DNA from: Gemmata obscuriglobus
Lineage (GTDB): Bacteria; Planctomycetota; Planctomycetia; Gemmatales; Gemmataceae
DNA length: 32,000 nt
Reading direction: 5' to 3'
NCBI RefSeq assembly: GCF_008065095.1
Contig: NZ_CP042911.1
Coordinates: 7,710,001 to 7,742,000, forward strand
Part shown: positions 25,274 through 32,000 of the stretch, piece after piece
How positions within the stretch are numbered: the first letter of the stretch is position 1
Layout of the letters: the number at the start of each line of letters is the position of its first letter
The notes under the pieces: model-generated
Database searches by the model: none
The model's input: the letters and a program-made list of their open reading frames with translations, nothing else
Told to the model about the DNA's origin: nothing
Position numbers and translations under genes: made by a program

Positions 25274-25588
25274 ATGCGCGCTCTCGCACTGTTCGCCCTG
25301 ACCCTGGCGTCGGTTGTCTCTCTCACCGCCGACGCGTCGGCCTGTGGCAAGCGCAAGAAAAAAGCTGCGGCCATGGTGACCTACGCCGCACCGGCGTGTG
25401 ACCCGTGTGGCGGGGCTCCCAGCTACTACCCCGGTCAGCCGGGCCACTACGGCCAGCCGAGCTACTACCCCGGCCAACCGGGCTACTACCACGGCTCGCA
25501 ATACGGCCACCCGGGCGCGTACGGGGTTCCGGCCGGCCCGACCATCATGCCGGGCGCGGTCGTTCCGGGCGCCATGCCGCCCAAGTGA
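25274..25588 (+). CDS. Small secreted Pro/Gly/Tyr-rich repeat protein (104 aa)
   Basis: MRALALFALTLASVVSLTADASACG is a signal peptide with a possible weak lipobox ASAC. A KRKKK patch follows. There is a tandem 13-aa repeat, PSYYPGQPGHYGQ / PSYYPGQPGYYHG. The GC3 bias is strong. GAGGTG lies upstream. Confidence 0.65.
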   Translation: MRALALFALTLASVVSLTADASACGKRKKKAAAMVTYAAPACDPCGGAPSYYPGQPGHYGQPSYYPGQPGYYHGSQYGHPGAYGVPAGPTIMPGAVVPGAMPPK

Positions 25589-25852
25589 TACCGAATGCGA
25601 TTGAAGAGTGACGTTCTTCTGTAGCCCGTCTCTGTGAGGCCGGCTACAGAATGCGGCGTGGATAACGCTGCACGGATCTTGTTCGCTAGCTCAAGCAAAA
25701 CGGTGATTGTCGCCGAGCCGATCAAAACCACTGAAAGGCTGATGGAAAAGCCGCCGCAGTGCGGCCTTATTGCGGCACAAAGGGGGCCACTACAGACCGT
25801 CAAACGCGCAAGATCGGGGGCAAACTCGTCGGCTCGCATGTACTCCTTCCCG

Positions 25853-26836
25853 TCACCTACGCTTCTGATCCCAAACATCGCTGGGAATCAGGTGGAAGAA
25901 CCATCCAGACTCCCCAACGTGGTTGGCGCGAAGCTTTAGCCACAGATTACCGGCTGCGGACGGCGGCACCTTAAACGCTAGCGTGTCCGTCACCCCCGGC
26001 CCGCCGGGCTTCAACGATGGTTGCCCTCTCAGTTGGCCACCGAGTCGGTATCCGTCAGGCACCACAGCAGATGCAATCTTGTCGTTGTTTGCGGCCGTTA
26101 GCTCGACCGCGTCATTGAACGTACCTTGCCACCGCGACACGGAGGCCCGGCCTCCCGGGAGGCAGCGAGTTTCCACCCAAATTATCAGCATCGGCTCGGG
26201 GGCGAGTTCGTCGCTCTCGCGATCCCTCGTGAGGATCGGGCGCATCACTACTGCTCCGACGACACGCGTTTCGATGTTGCCGCGTCGGTCCCACTTTGAC
26301 ACGAAGCCTTCGGGCGGGCGGTTGAGTGGGAGCAGCCTTGGGAGCGGAGCAATTTCCTTCGCGAGTAGGGGGGGCGCCTCTACCGCTGACTTCGCCGGCT
26401 CGGGCTCTGCTCTCCGGGTCGGGGCGATGTCGATGGGCGGTTTGCTAGCCGGTCGCGGCGGTAATGGACCGTCCTCCGGAAAGTCATCTAAAACCGGTTC
26501 CGTTCTGGGCGGTTCGGCCGGGCGTTTACGATCGATTGCCGGGGCCTTTGTGATCTCTGGTTCTTCCCGGTTTTGTGCACCCTCCTTCGGGCGGAGCGTG
26601 CCACCCAGCACACAGGAGAGCAGCATTACTGCCCCAATCGAACCGACGATTACCACTGCTATAGCGCCTTCAGAACCCCGACTGGTGGCGCTACCGCCTC
26701 GGTTGAACGACGGCAAAAATCTGACGACCTCGACATTCGTACTTGCGCACTCGGGGCACCGCCGTGACACGTTCTTGCCACGGGGATACCACCGATAGCC
26801 GCAGCTAGCGCAACGGTTCTTTGGGCGCATCGGCAT
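25853..26836 (-). CDS. Membrane protein: N-terminal zinc-ribbon (CxxC...CxxC), one TM helix, Pro-rich linker, C-terminal beta-rich domain
   Basis: GAGGTG lies 7 nt before ATG 26836 (the track start at 26857 is a TTG). Zinc ribbon: RCASCGYRWYPRGKNVSRRCPECAS. TM helix: AIAVVIVGSIGAVMLLSCVLGG. Pro/Glu-rich linker about 100 aa, C-terminal domain about 150 aa. Confidence 0.7.
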   Translation of the reverse strand: MPMRPKNRCASCGYRWYPRGKNVSRRCPECASTNVEVVRFLPSFNRGGSATSRGSEGAIAVVIVGSIGAVMLLSCVLGGTLRPKEGAQNREEPEITKAPAIDRKRPAEPPRTEPVLDDFPEDGPLPPRPASKPPIDIAPTRRAEPEPAKSAVEAPPLLAKEIAPLPRLLPLNRPPEGFVSKWDRRGNIETRVVGAVVMRPILTRDRESDELAPEPMLIIWVETRCLPGGRASVSRWQGTFNDAVELTAANNDKIASAVVPDGYRLGGQLRGQPSLKPGGPGVTDTLAFKVPPSAAGNLWLKLRANHVGESGWFFHLIPSDVWDQKRR

Positions 26837-26912
26837 TGGGCGACACCTCACTGGCAAACTGAACCAAATCGGATTCTAGCAGTTTCACGTTCACGCAGTG
26901 CGGTTCTGGCCT

Positions 26913-27051
26913 TTGAGTGTGGTCCGCTCACTCCGTGAGCGGTCGCTCCGCGCGTTAGATTCGCTTCGCGGGCTTACCGGCTCCGGCGTTGTGCGTTACG
27001 CGCATCCGATACCCGGAGCGACCGCTCACGGAGTGAGCGGACCACACTCAA
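26913..27051. repeat. MITE-like element / structured inverted repeat: 38-bp perfect terminal inverted repeats, 63-bp spacer
   Basis: ttgagtgtggtccgctcactccgtgagcggtcgctccg (26913-26950) is the exact reverse complement of 27014-27051. Each arm contains the inner hairpin CCGCTCAC-tcc-GTGAGCGG. It lies in the divergent intergenic region between 26836(-) and 27161(+). Confidence 0.85.
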
Positions 27052-27160
27052 CGCCTACTGCATGGGTACGCCACACCAACTCGAAACGACGGGACTCGCA
27101 TTCGCCGTGGCTGTCCAGCACCCGCGCTGGATAGGATAGCTCGGCAGCAGGAACCGCCGC

Positions 27161-28195
27161 ATGGACGATTCACACCCTTCCGGGTCCGACTTCTACGACC
27201 CGCGAACCGGCGGGCAGGCCCTGCGCGTGCGGGGGGTACGCATCGAAGGCGGCGCGCACGAGCCGGCCCGCACGAACTGTTTCGCGATCTACCGGATCGA
27301 TTCGGGTTCGGGGACCGTTGCCGCCGGCGACGCTCATCACCCGTTCGGCCCCGCGTCGCTGTTGTTCTTCGTCCCCTACCAGTACATGCGGTTCAGTGCC
27401 GACCAGCCCGTCGGCGGTGAGGTGATCGAGTTCCACGCCAACTTCCTTTGCGTTGAAACGTTCCACGCGGAGGTGGGGTGCAGCGGCGCCCTCTTTAACG
27501 ACCCGTATGGTGTTCCCCTGGTCGCTCTCGAAGACGGGGCGGCGGCCGAAGTTTCGGACCTGTTTTCCCGCATCCGCCGGGAGCAAACCGAGCGCGGGTT
27601 GGCGCACGTCGAGGCGTCGCTGGCTTACCTGAAGGTGCTCCTGATTTTCTCCACGCGCCTGAAAACCGGCGGCGGGGCGGGCTGTGGAACCGCGGCGGCC
27701 CACCGGCACCCGGTTCTGTCCCGGCTCGCGCTCCTGATTGAGCAGAACTATCGCACCTGGCACGCACCGGCTCAATACGCGGACGCCCTCCATGTGACGG
27801 CGAAGGTGCTCGGGCGGCTCGTCCGCGAGCACCTCAACACCACCCTCACGGACCTGATCCGGAACCGCGTCCTCACCCACGCGAAATGGCAGCTCCTGCA
27901 CACGCTCCGACCGGTGAAGGAGATCGCCCAGGAGGTGGGCTTCGGCGACGAGTTGTACTTCAGCCGGTTGTTCAAGAAGGCGACCGGCGTGTCCCCGCGC
28001 TACTTCCGCGACTTCGAGACGGCGGTCCGGGGCGGGAGCAATCTGTCCATGTCTTCGGGCCGGGCGTCCATTCTCCAAACGGTCGGCGGTGCGGATCATT
28101 CAGTCGTGGGGGCCGACGCTCTCGGAAGGACCGGGGGCGGGGGCACCGAAGGCTCCACTCGGAGACACGACAATGAACCCGCGGAAACTGTTTGA
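27161..28195 (+). CDS. AraC/XylS-family transcriptional regulator
   Basis: The C-terminal double HTH reads YADALHVTAKVLGRLVREHLNTTLTDLIRNRVLTHAKWQLLHTLRPVKEIAQEVGFGDELYFSRLFKKATGVSPRYFR. The N-terminal domain is cupin-like, and there is a low-complexity tail of about 60 aa. Confidence 0.9.
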   Translation: MDDSHPSGSDFYDPRTGGQALRVRGVRIEGGAHEPARTNCFAIYRIDSGSGTVAAGDAHHPFGPASLLFFVPYQYMRFSADQPVGGEVIEFHANFLCVETFHAEVGCSGALFNDPYGVPLVALEDGAAAEVSDLFSRIRREQTERGLAHVEASLAYLKVLLIFSTRLKTGGGAGCGTAAAHRHPVLSRLALLIEQNYRTWHAPAQYADALHVTAKVLGRLVREHLNTTLTDLIRNRVLTHAKWQLLHTLRPVKEIAQEVGFGDELYFSRLFKKATGVSPRYFRDFETAVRGGSNLSMSSGRASILQTVGGADHSVVGADALGRTGGGGTEGSTRRHDNEPAETV

Positions 28196-28742
28196 ACTGG
28201 CGGCGCGAGCGGACCGGGCGGGGGTGGCGGTGACCCGGGTCGGGCTGATCGTGGTCCTGTTGTGGATCGGCGGGCTGAAGGTGTTCCGGTACGAGGCCGA
28301 CGGGATCGTGCCGTTCGTGGCCAACAGCCCCGCGATGAGCTTCTTCTACACCGACCCCGCGCACTACCAGGCGCACATGAACCCGGAAGGCAAGCTGGTG
28401 CCCGAAAACCGGGCCTGGCACGAAACGAACCGGACCTACGCGTTCGCCTACGGCCTGGGCGCGGTGATCGTCCTTTACGGGCTGCTGCTCTGTTTGCACC
28501 CCTGGCTGCCGCAGGCGGCGGCGGTCGGCAGCTTCCTGGTCTTCGTGATGTCGTTCGTGACGCTCTCGTTCCTCGTCACCACCCCGGAAAGCTGGGTGCC
28601 GGCGCTCGGGGACGCGCAGCACGGGTTCCCGTACCTGAGCGGGCGCGGGCGGTTGGTGATCAAGGACGCGATCATGATGGGGGCGGCGCTGGTCACGATG
28701 GCGGACTCGGCAAAGGCGTACTTGCGCACACGCGCCGCCTGA
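28173..28742 (+). CDS. DUF417 (YkgB/RclC-like) inner-membrane protein
   Basis: GGAGA at 28161-28165 precedes ATG 28173. VGLIVVLLWIGGLKVFRYEADGIVPFVANSPAMSFFY is the DUF417 signature (IGGLKF..yEa.gI.p.v..SP). There are four hydrophobic segments. It overlaps the AraC 3' end by 23 nt. Confidence 0.85.
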   Translation: MNPRKLFELAARADRAGVAVTRVGLIVVLLWIGGLKVFRYEADGIVPFVANSPAMSFFYTDPAHYQAHMNPEGKLVPENRAWHETNRTYAFAYGLGAVIVLYGLLLCLHPWLPQAAAVGSFLVFVMSFVTLSFLVTTPESWVPALGDAQHGFPYLSGRGRLVIKDAIMMGAALVTMADSAKAYLRTRAA

Positions 28743-28751
28743 TTCGCGGTC

Positions 28752-28837
28752 CGGTGGTCGTGTCGCATTTCTTGACGAGCCGCGACCGCCAGGGAGCGGG
28801 GTACGTGGCACCGCTCCCTGGCGGTCGCGGCTCGTCA
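28752..28837. repeat. Family C repeat: 38-bp module (28752-28789) plus 27-bp perfect hairpin (28773-28799 / 28811-28837)
   Basis: tgacgagccgcgaccgccagggagcgg pairs exactly with ccgctccctggcggtcgcggctcgtca around an 11-nt loop. It starts 10 nt after the DUF417 stop and may act as a terminator, but there is no U-tract. Positions 28752-28789 match the reverse complement of 30740-30777 at 37 of 38 positions. Confidence 0.85.
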
Positions 28838-28877
28838 GACAGCATCACCCACGGCGGGTTCATGTATGATGGGTGAC

Positions 28878-28935
28878 CCGGTTGTCAGCTTCTGCCTTGG
28901 TTTTGGCCTAGTGGCACAGACTCTCCTGTCTGCGC
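28878..28935 (+). repeat. Family B repeat, half copy
   Basis: ccggttgtcagcttctgccttggttttggcctagtggcacagactctcctgtctgcgc aligns with the reverse complement of the B1 right half (ccggctgttggtatccgttttggttttgtctttgtggcacagacattcctgtctgtgcg). Confidence 0.65.
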
Positions 28936-29057
28936 TTTATTCTTGCGATTAATAGACAGTAAGGTCTGCGAAACAAGAATCCGACACCGCCGGCCGTCGT
29001 GTGAATAATGCAAATGACGCCGGTTCAGTCGCCGGGGCCGTTGTGTGAGGGCAAGTG

Positions 29058-29480
29058 ATGACGCGGAGCAGTCGGTTCGTTGTGGCCGCCCACGTGCTCA
29101 CGCTCCTCGCCCGGAGCGACGGGGCGCTCACCTCGGAGTACATCGCCGGGAGCGTGAACACGAACCCGGTCGTCATCCGCCGCATCCTGGCGGTGCTGGC
29201 GCGGGCCGGTCTGGTCGCCACCCAGGAAGGGACCGGCGGGGGCGGGCGGCTGGCGAAGCCGGCCGCGGAGATCACCCTGCGGGCGGTGTACGAAGCGGTC
29301 GAGCCGGACGCGCTGTTCGCCCTTCACCCGCGCGACCCGAATCCGCTCTGCCCCGTCGGCGGGGGCATTCAGTCCGCTCTCGAACCGACCCTTCGCGCTG
29401 CCGAAACGGCCCTTCTGGGCTCGCTCGCCGGGACGAGTGTCGCGGACCTCGTGGGACGACTTGGGGCGGAATCTCCGTAA
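29058..29480 (+). CDS. Rrf2/BadM-family transcriptional regulator
   Basis: MTRSSRFVVAAHVLTLLARSDGALTSEYIAGSVNTNPVVIRRILAVLARAGLVATQEGTGGGGRLAKP is a typical Rrf2 winged helix. GAGGG lies upstream. GTG 29055 is an alternative start. Confidence 0.9.
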   Translation: MTRSSRFVVAAHVLTLLARSDGALTSEYIAGSVNTNPVVIRRILAVLARAGLVATQEGTGGGGRLAKPAAEITLRAVYEAVEPDALFALHPRDPNPLCPVGGGIQSALEPTLRAAETALLGSLAGTSVADLVGRLGAESP

Positions 29481-29501
29481 GGGGTGCTTTTTTGTTCGGT
29501 A

Positions 29502-29522
29502 CTGTAACTCATCTTGTTACAG
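29502..29522. promoter_or_regulatory. Inverted repeat CTGTAAC-N7-GTTACAG between the Rrf2 and NAD(P)H-binding genes (operator candidate)
   Basis: A perfect 7-bp inverted repeat in a locally AT-richer 52-nt intergenic spacer, ending 11 nt before ATG 29533. Confidence 0.3.
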
Positions 29523-29532
29523 AGGGCCGGTG

Positions 29533-30168
29533 ATGAAAATCGTACTGTTCGGGGCGACGGGCATGATCGGGCAGCGGGTGCTGACCGAGGCGCTGAACCG
29601 CGGTCACGCGGTGACGGTGGTGGCCCGGGACCCGTCGAAGGTGACCGCTCAGGCGCCCAACCTGAGTGTTGTGCGGGGCGACTTGTCGGACCCGGCGCGT
29701 GTGCAGTCGCTGGTTACGGGGGCGGAGGTGGTGGTGAGCGCGTTCGCCCCGCCACAGGGGCACGAAGGGCAAGTGGCGGACGTGGCGCGGACGCTCGTCC
29801 GAGCGGTCGGGGCGGCCGAGCCGCCGCCGCGGCTGGTCGTGGTGGGCGGGGCCGGCGGCTTGGAGGTCGGGCCGGGGGTGCGGGTGATCGACACGCCGAC
29901 GTTCCCGGCGTTCTTGAAGCCGATCGCGCAGGCCCACATCGACGCTTATGAGGTTTATCGCACCGCGAACGTGGACTGGACGTTCTTCGCACCGGCGGCG
30001 CTGATCCAACCGGGGCAGCGGACGGGGCGGTACCGAACGGGCCGGGACCAACTGGTGGTGGACGACGCGGGCAACAGCAGCATCTCGGCGGAGGACTACG
30101 CGGCGGCTCTGCTGGACGAGATCGAGAAGCCGCAGTTCCGGCGCAGCCGGATGACGGCGGCCAACTGA
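29533..30168 (+). CDS. NAD(P)H-binding protein (atypical SDR, YwnB/NmrA/BVR-B-like)
   Basis: MKIVLFGATGMIGQRVLTEALNRGHAVTVVARDPSK is the GxxGxxG Rossmann motif. Length is 211 aa. The pairing with an Rrf2 regulator resembles B. subtilis ywnA-ywnB. Confidence 0.9.
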   Translation: MKIVLFGATGMIGQRVLTEALNRGHAVTVVARDPSKVTAQAPNLSVVRGDLSDPARVQSLVTGAEVVVSAFAPPQGHEGQVADVARTLVRAVGAAEPPPRLVVVGGAGGLEVGPGVRVIDTPTFPAFLKPIAQAHIDAYEVYRTANVDWTFFAPAALIQPGQRTGRYRTGRDQLVVDDAGNSSISAEDYAAALLDEIEKPQFRRSRMTAAN

Positions 30169-30236
30169 CACCCACTCATACACGCACCCGGCAACATTTT
30201 ATACTCATATTAATCAGATCGCCATTGACACACGCA

Positions 30237-30262
30237 TGAGTGAGTGAGTGAGTGAGTGAGTG
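30237..30262. repeat. Tetranucleotide microsatellite (TGAG)6.5
   Basis: tgagtgagtgagtgagtgagtgagtg, read directly. It is immediately preceded by an AT-rich stretch, aacattttatactcatattaatcagatcgccattgaca (about 30190-30230). Confidence 0.95.
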
Positions 30263-30658
30263 CCGGTCTTCTTGGGTCCGCGGATGATCCCGGGGCGCTG
30301 CGGTCCCCGTAAAAGTGGATGTAATGCACGTCGATGGCACACGTCCACCGCGGGGCCGGTCCCGGCGGGCAAGCCGTGCCACGTCGTGGCGCGGACCCAC
30401 CAGCCGGGCCGTCCGCTGATCCCGAGAGCCCAGGTTCGCGTGCACCGCCTGTCGCGCGGTCTGGTGGGAGAACCCGAAGTACCGGGCTACCACCGCGAAC
30501 CGGGTGCGGGTGGTTCCCGCGATCAACAGCACCAGGTCCAACAACGGGGGGCGCGTCACCGACGGCTTGTAATCGGTCCCGCCGAGCGCCCGCGCCAACG
30601 TTCGCCGGGACAACGCATGGACCACCGCCGGGGTGATCGTAGAGTAACTGCGTCGCAT
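30262..30658 (-). pseudogene. IS4-family-like transposase remnant (N-terminal part, frameshifted and truncated)
   Basis: MRRSYSTITPAVVHALSRRTLARALGGTDYKPSVTRPPLLDLVLLIAGTTRTRFAVVARYFGFSHQTARQAVHA resembles IS4/DDE_Tnp_1 N-termini as I recall them. A different frame further on reads CAIDVHYIHFYGDR, a plausible first catalytic-Asp region. The rest of the enzyme is missing, and the remnant ends at the microsatellite. Confidence 0.5.
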
Positions 30659-30739
30659 AGGAAATTTCCGCTCAAGTGCCTGATAGCATTGACCTTAGGA
30701 GCTCCCATGCGGCACATCCAAACCCTTGAACCTACTGTA

Positions 30740-30777
30740 GCGGTCGCGGCTCGTCAAGAAATGCGACACGACTACCG
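30740..30777. repeat. Family C repeat, 38-bp module in inverted orientation relative to 28752-28789
   Basis: The reverse complement of gcggtcgcggctcgtcaagaaatgcgacacgactaccg is cggtagtcgtgtcgcatttcttgacgagccgcgaccgc. The copy at 28752-28789 is cggtggtcgtgtcgcatttcttgacgagccgcgaccgc, so there is one mismatch. Confidence 0.85.
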
Positions 30778-30837
30778 CGCCGCGTTCTAAGTAACGGTGG
30801 CGGAATGGGCGGTTGGCCGTGGCCTCGTTTCGGCCAT

Positions 30838-30978
30838 GTGGGTTTCGTACATGAAGACGATCTTGACCAGGTTGGCAGGATAAATGGGATTTAAGATTAG
30901 TCTGTCTTCATCCTGTTTATCCTGTCGATCCTGTCAAAACTGCCTTCGCCCATCCATCGCTTCAGTGCCACATTGCCG
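30838..30978 (+). repeat. Family A repeat, copy A3 (left arm decayed, right arm intact)
   Basis: gtgggtttcgtacatgaag...atcctgtttatcctgtcgatcctgtcaaaactgccttcgcccatccatcgcttcagtgccacattgccg is colinear with A1 over about 140 bp. Confidence 0.8.
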
Positions 30979-30984
30979 TTGTTA

Positions 30985-31085
30985 GTGTCTGTTTTGGCTG
31001 TTGTCTTTGTGGCACGGGCATCCCTGTGTGTGCGGCGCAAGAAGGCCGCACACACAGGAATGCCCGTGCCACAAGCAGCAGGCAC
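30985..31085. repeat. Family B repeat, copy B3 (28-bp stem, one mismatch)
   Basis: tgtggcacgggcatccctgtgtgtgcgg (31008-31035) pairs with ccgcacacacaggaatgcccgtgccaca (31046-31073). It abuts A3 and ends 36 nt before ATG 31121. Confidence 0.85.
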
Positions 31086-31120
31086 GAGCACCCGAATCGC
31101 GTACTAAAACCGATCCTTCC

Positions 31121-32000
31121 ATGCCGCCGAAGCTCCGCACGCTACTCGTGGTCCTCGTGGGCGGTGCGGCGGTCGCGGCCGTCGCCGACCGCATCGTCTC
31201 CACGCCCGGGCTGTTCTCCCCGCGCGACTTCATCGAATACTGGGCGGCCGGGCGGGTGAACCTGCGCGGCGGGAACCCCTACGACCCGCGCCAGGTGCTG
31301 GCCGAGCAGCAGTCGGTCGAACCGCACCGCGACGGCGCGCTGATGATGTGGAACCCGCCGCCGGCGCTGGCGGTGTACATGCCATTGGGCGCGGTTCCGG
31401 CGAAATGGGCCGCGCTCCTCTGGTGCGTGGCGCAGTTCGGCGCGGTGATGGGGGCGTGCGCGCTGTTGTGGCGCGAGTACGCCCCCGGGCGGCCGTGGCG
31501 CGCGCCCGCCGCGGCGCTGCCGTTCGTGGGCACCTGGTGGGTCGTGACCTACGGGCAGAACACCGGGTTCATGCTGCTCGGGCTGGCCGGGTTCCTGCAC
31601 TTCGTGCGGCGCGACCGGCCACTGGCCGCCGGCGCGTGCGCGGCGCTGACCGCGCTGAAGCCGCACCTGCTCGCGGCGTTCGGCGTGCTCCTCATCGCCG
31701 ACGCGCTCTCCCGCCGCGGCCGGCGCGCCCTCGCGGCCGGGACCGGGGCCGTGGCCGCGGCGCTGGTGGTGGCGCTGGTGCCGAACCCGGACGTTCTGGA
31801 ACAGTTCGTCACGGCGGCTCGGAACCCGCGGCCGGAAACGATTCCGCTGTCCGGGTACGCGCTCCCCGTGCCGGCGTACTGGCTCCGCGTGTGGCTCGCG
31901 CGCGAGAGCTTCTGGGTGCAGTTCGTGCCGTGCGCGGTCGCGTGTGCGGCGCTGCTCGCCCGCCGGCTCCGGCAGGGGGCCGCGTGGGATTGGGGGCACG
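31121..32000 (+). CDS. 5' part of a polytopic membrane protein, GT87/DUF2029-like glycosyltransferase (runs off the window)
   Basis: This ORF is absent from the track because it has no stop in the window. I translated it by hand from ATG 31121: MPPKLRTLLVVLVGGAAVAAVADRIVSTPGLFSPRDFIEYWAAGRVNLRGGNPYDP...MMWNPPPALAVYMPLG...GQNTGFMLLGLAGFLHFVRRDRPLAAGACAALTALKPHL... The GC3 bias is very strong. The track ORF 31142..31999(-) is its antisense shadow. Confidence 0.75.
   Translation, partial: MPPKLRTLLVVLVGGAAVAAVADRIVSTPGLFSPRDFIEYWAAGRVNLRGGNPYDPRQVLAEQQSVEPHRDGALMMWNPPPALAVYMPLGAVPAKWAALLWCVAQFGAVMGACALLWREYAPGRPWRAPAAALPFVGTWWVVTYGQNTGFMLLGLAGFLHFVRRDRPLAAGACAALTALKPHLLAAFGVLLIADALSRRGRRALAAGTGAVAAALVVALVPNPDVLEQFVTAARNPRPETIPLSGYALPVPAYWLRVWLARESFWVQFVPCAVACAALLARRLRQGAAWDWGH

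Noticed and set aside
25486-25878. A minus-strand 130-aa ORF with one hydrophobic segment (FSISLSVVLIGSATITVLL), possibly a small membrane protein.
   Set aside because: It would overlap the 3' ends of both neighbouring genes, by about 100 nt with 25274-25588 and 26 nt with 25853-26836. It shows mixed third-position composition, has no RBS and carries no motif. I leave it unannotated, but it is not excluded.
31142-31999. A 285-aa minus-strand ORF at the window end.
   Set aside because: It is antisense to the hand-translated plus-strand membrane protein starting at 31121. That plus-strand protein has coherent TM segments and very strong GC3 bias, whereas the minus frame is Arg/Pro/His/Gly junk.

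Overview
This is a high-G+C bacterial chromosome segment. Hand-counted lines in the core genes run about 70-78% G+C. The gene content points to a Gemmata-like planctomycete: a DUF1559 prepilin-type H-X9-DG protein, a TIGR03067-type small secreted protein, DUF1080, an ECF sigma factor fused to a TM helix and WD40 repeats, an FG-GAP giant protein with an N-terminal LEDR motif, and a GT87-like membrane protein. I call about 27 CDS (two run off the window edges), three pseudogene remnants (P-type ATPase, BatA-like N-terminus, IS4-like transposase) and one ribosomal protein gene (rpmA). I found no rRNA, tRNA or CRISPR. Many long ORFs in the supplied track are antisense or out-of-frame shadows typical of high-GC DNA. 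Four things go beyond ordinary annotation. (1) An ECF42-type sigma factor sits next to a fused double-DGPF protein and a secreted protein, and both downstream genes are preceded by the same motif, TGTCGATTCGG-N11-TCGAC. (2) At least four families of nested palindromic intergenic repeats occur. Family A has 9-bp-periodic ACAGGAT heptads. Family B is a 27-28-bp-stem hairpin with compensatory arm changes between copies. There is also a 27-bp hairpin with a 38-bp inverted-repeat pair, and a 38-bp perfect-TIR MITE-like element. (3) A 2-kb segment carrying Rrf2, an NAD(P)H-binding protein and a transposase remnant is bracketed by 37/38-identical inverted repeats. (4) A fragment graveyard lies at 17.4-18.8 kb. 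The second half of the window (22.4-31.1 kb) and two islets (6.7-7.7 kb, 16.9-17.6 kb) are visibly lower in G+C and look accessory. All family names come from my recognition of motifs in the translations, not from searches.
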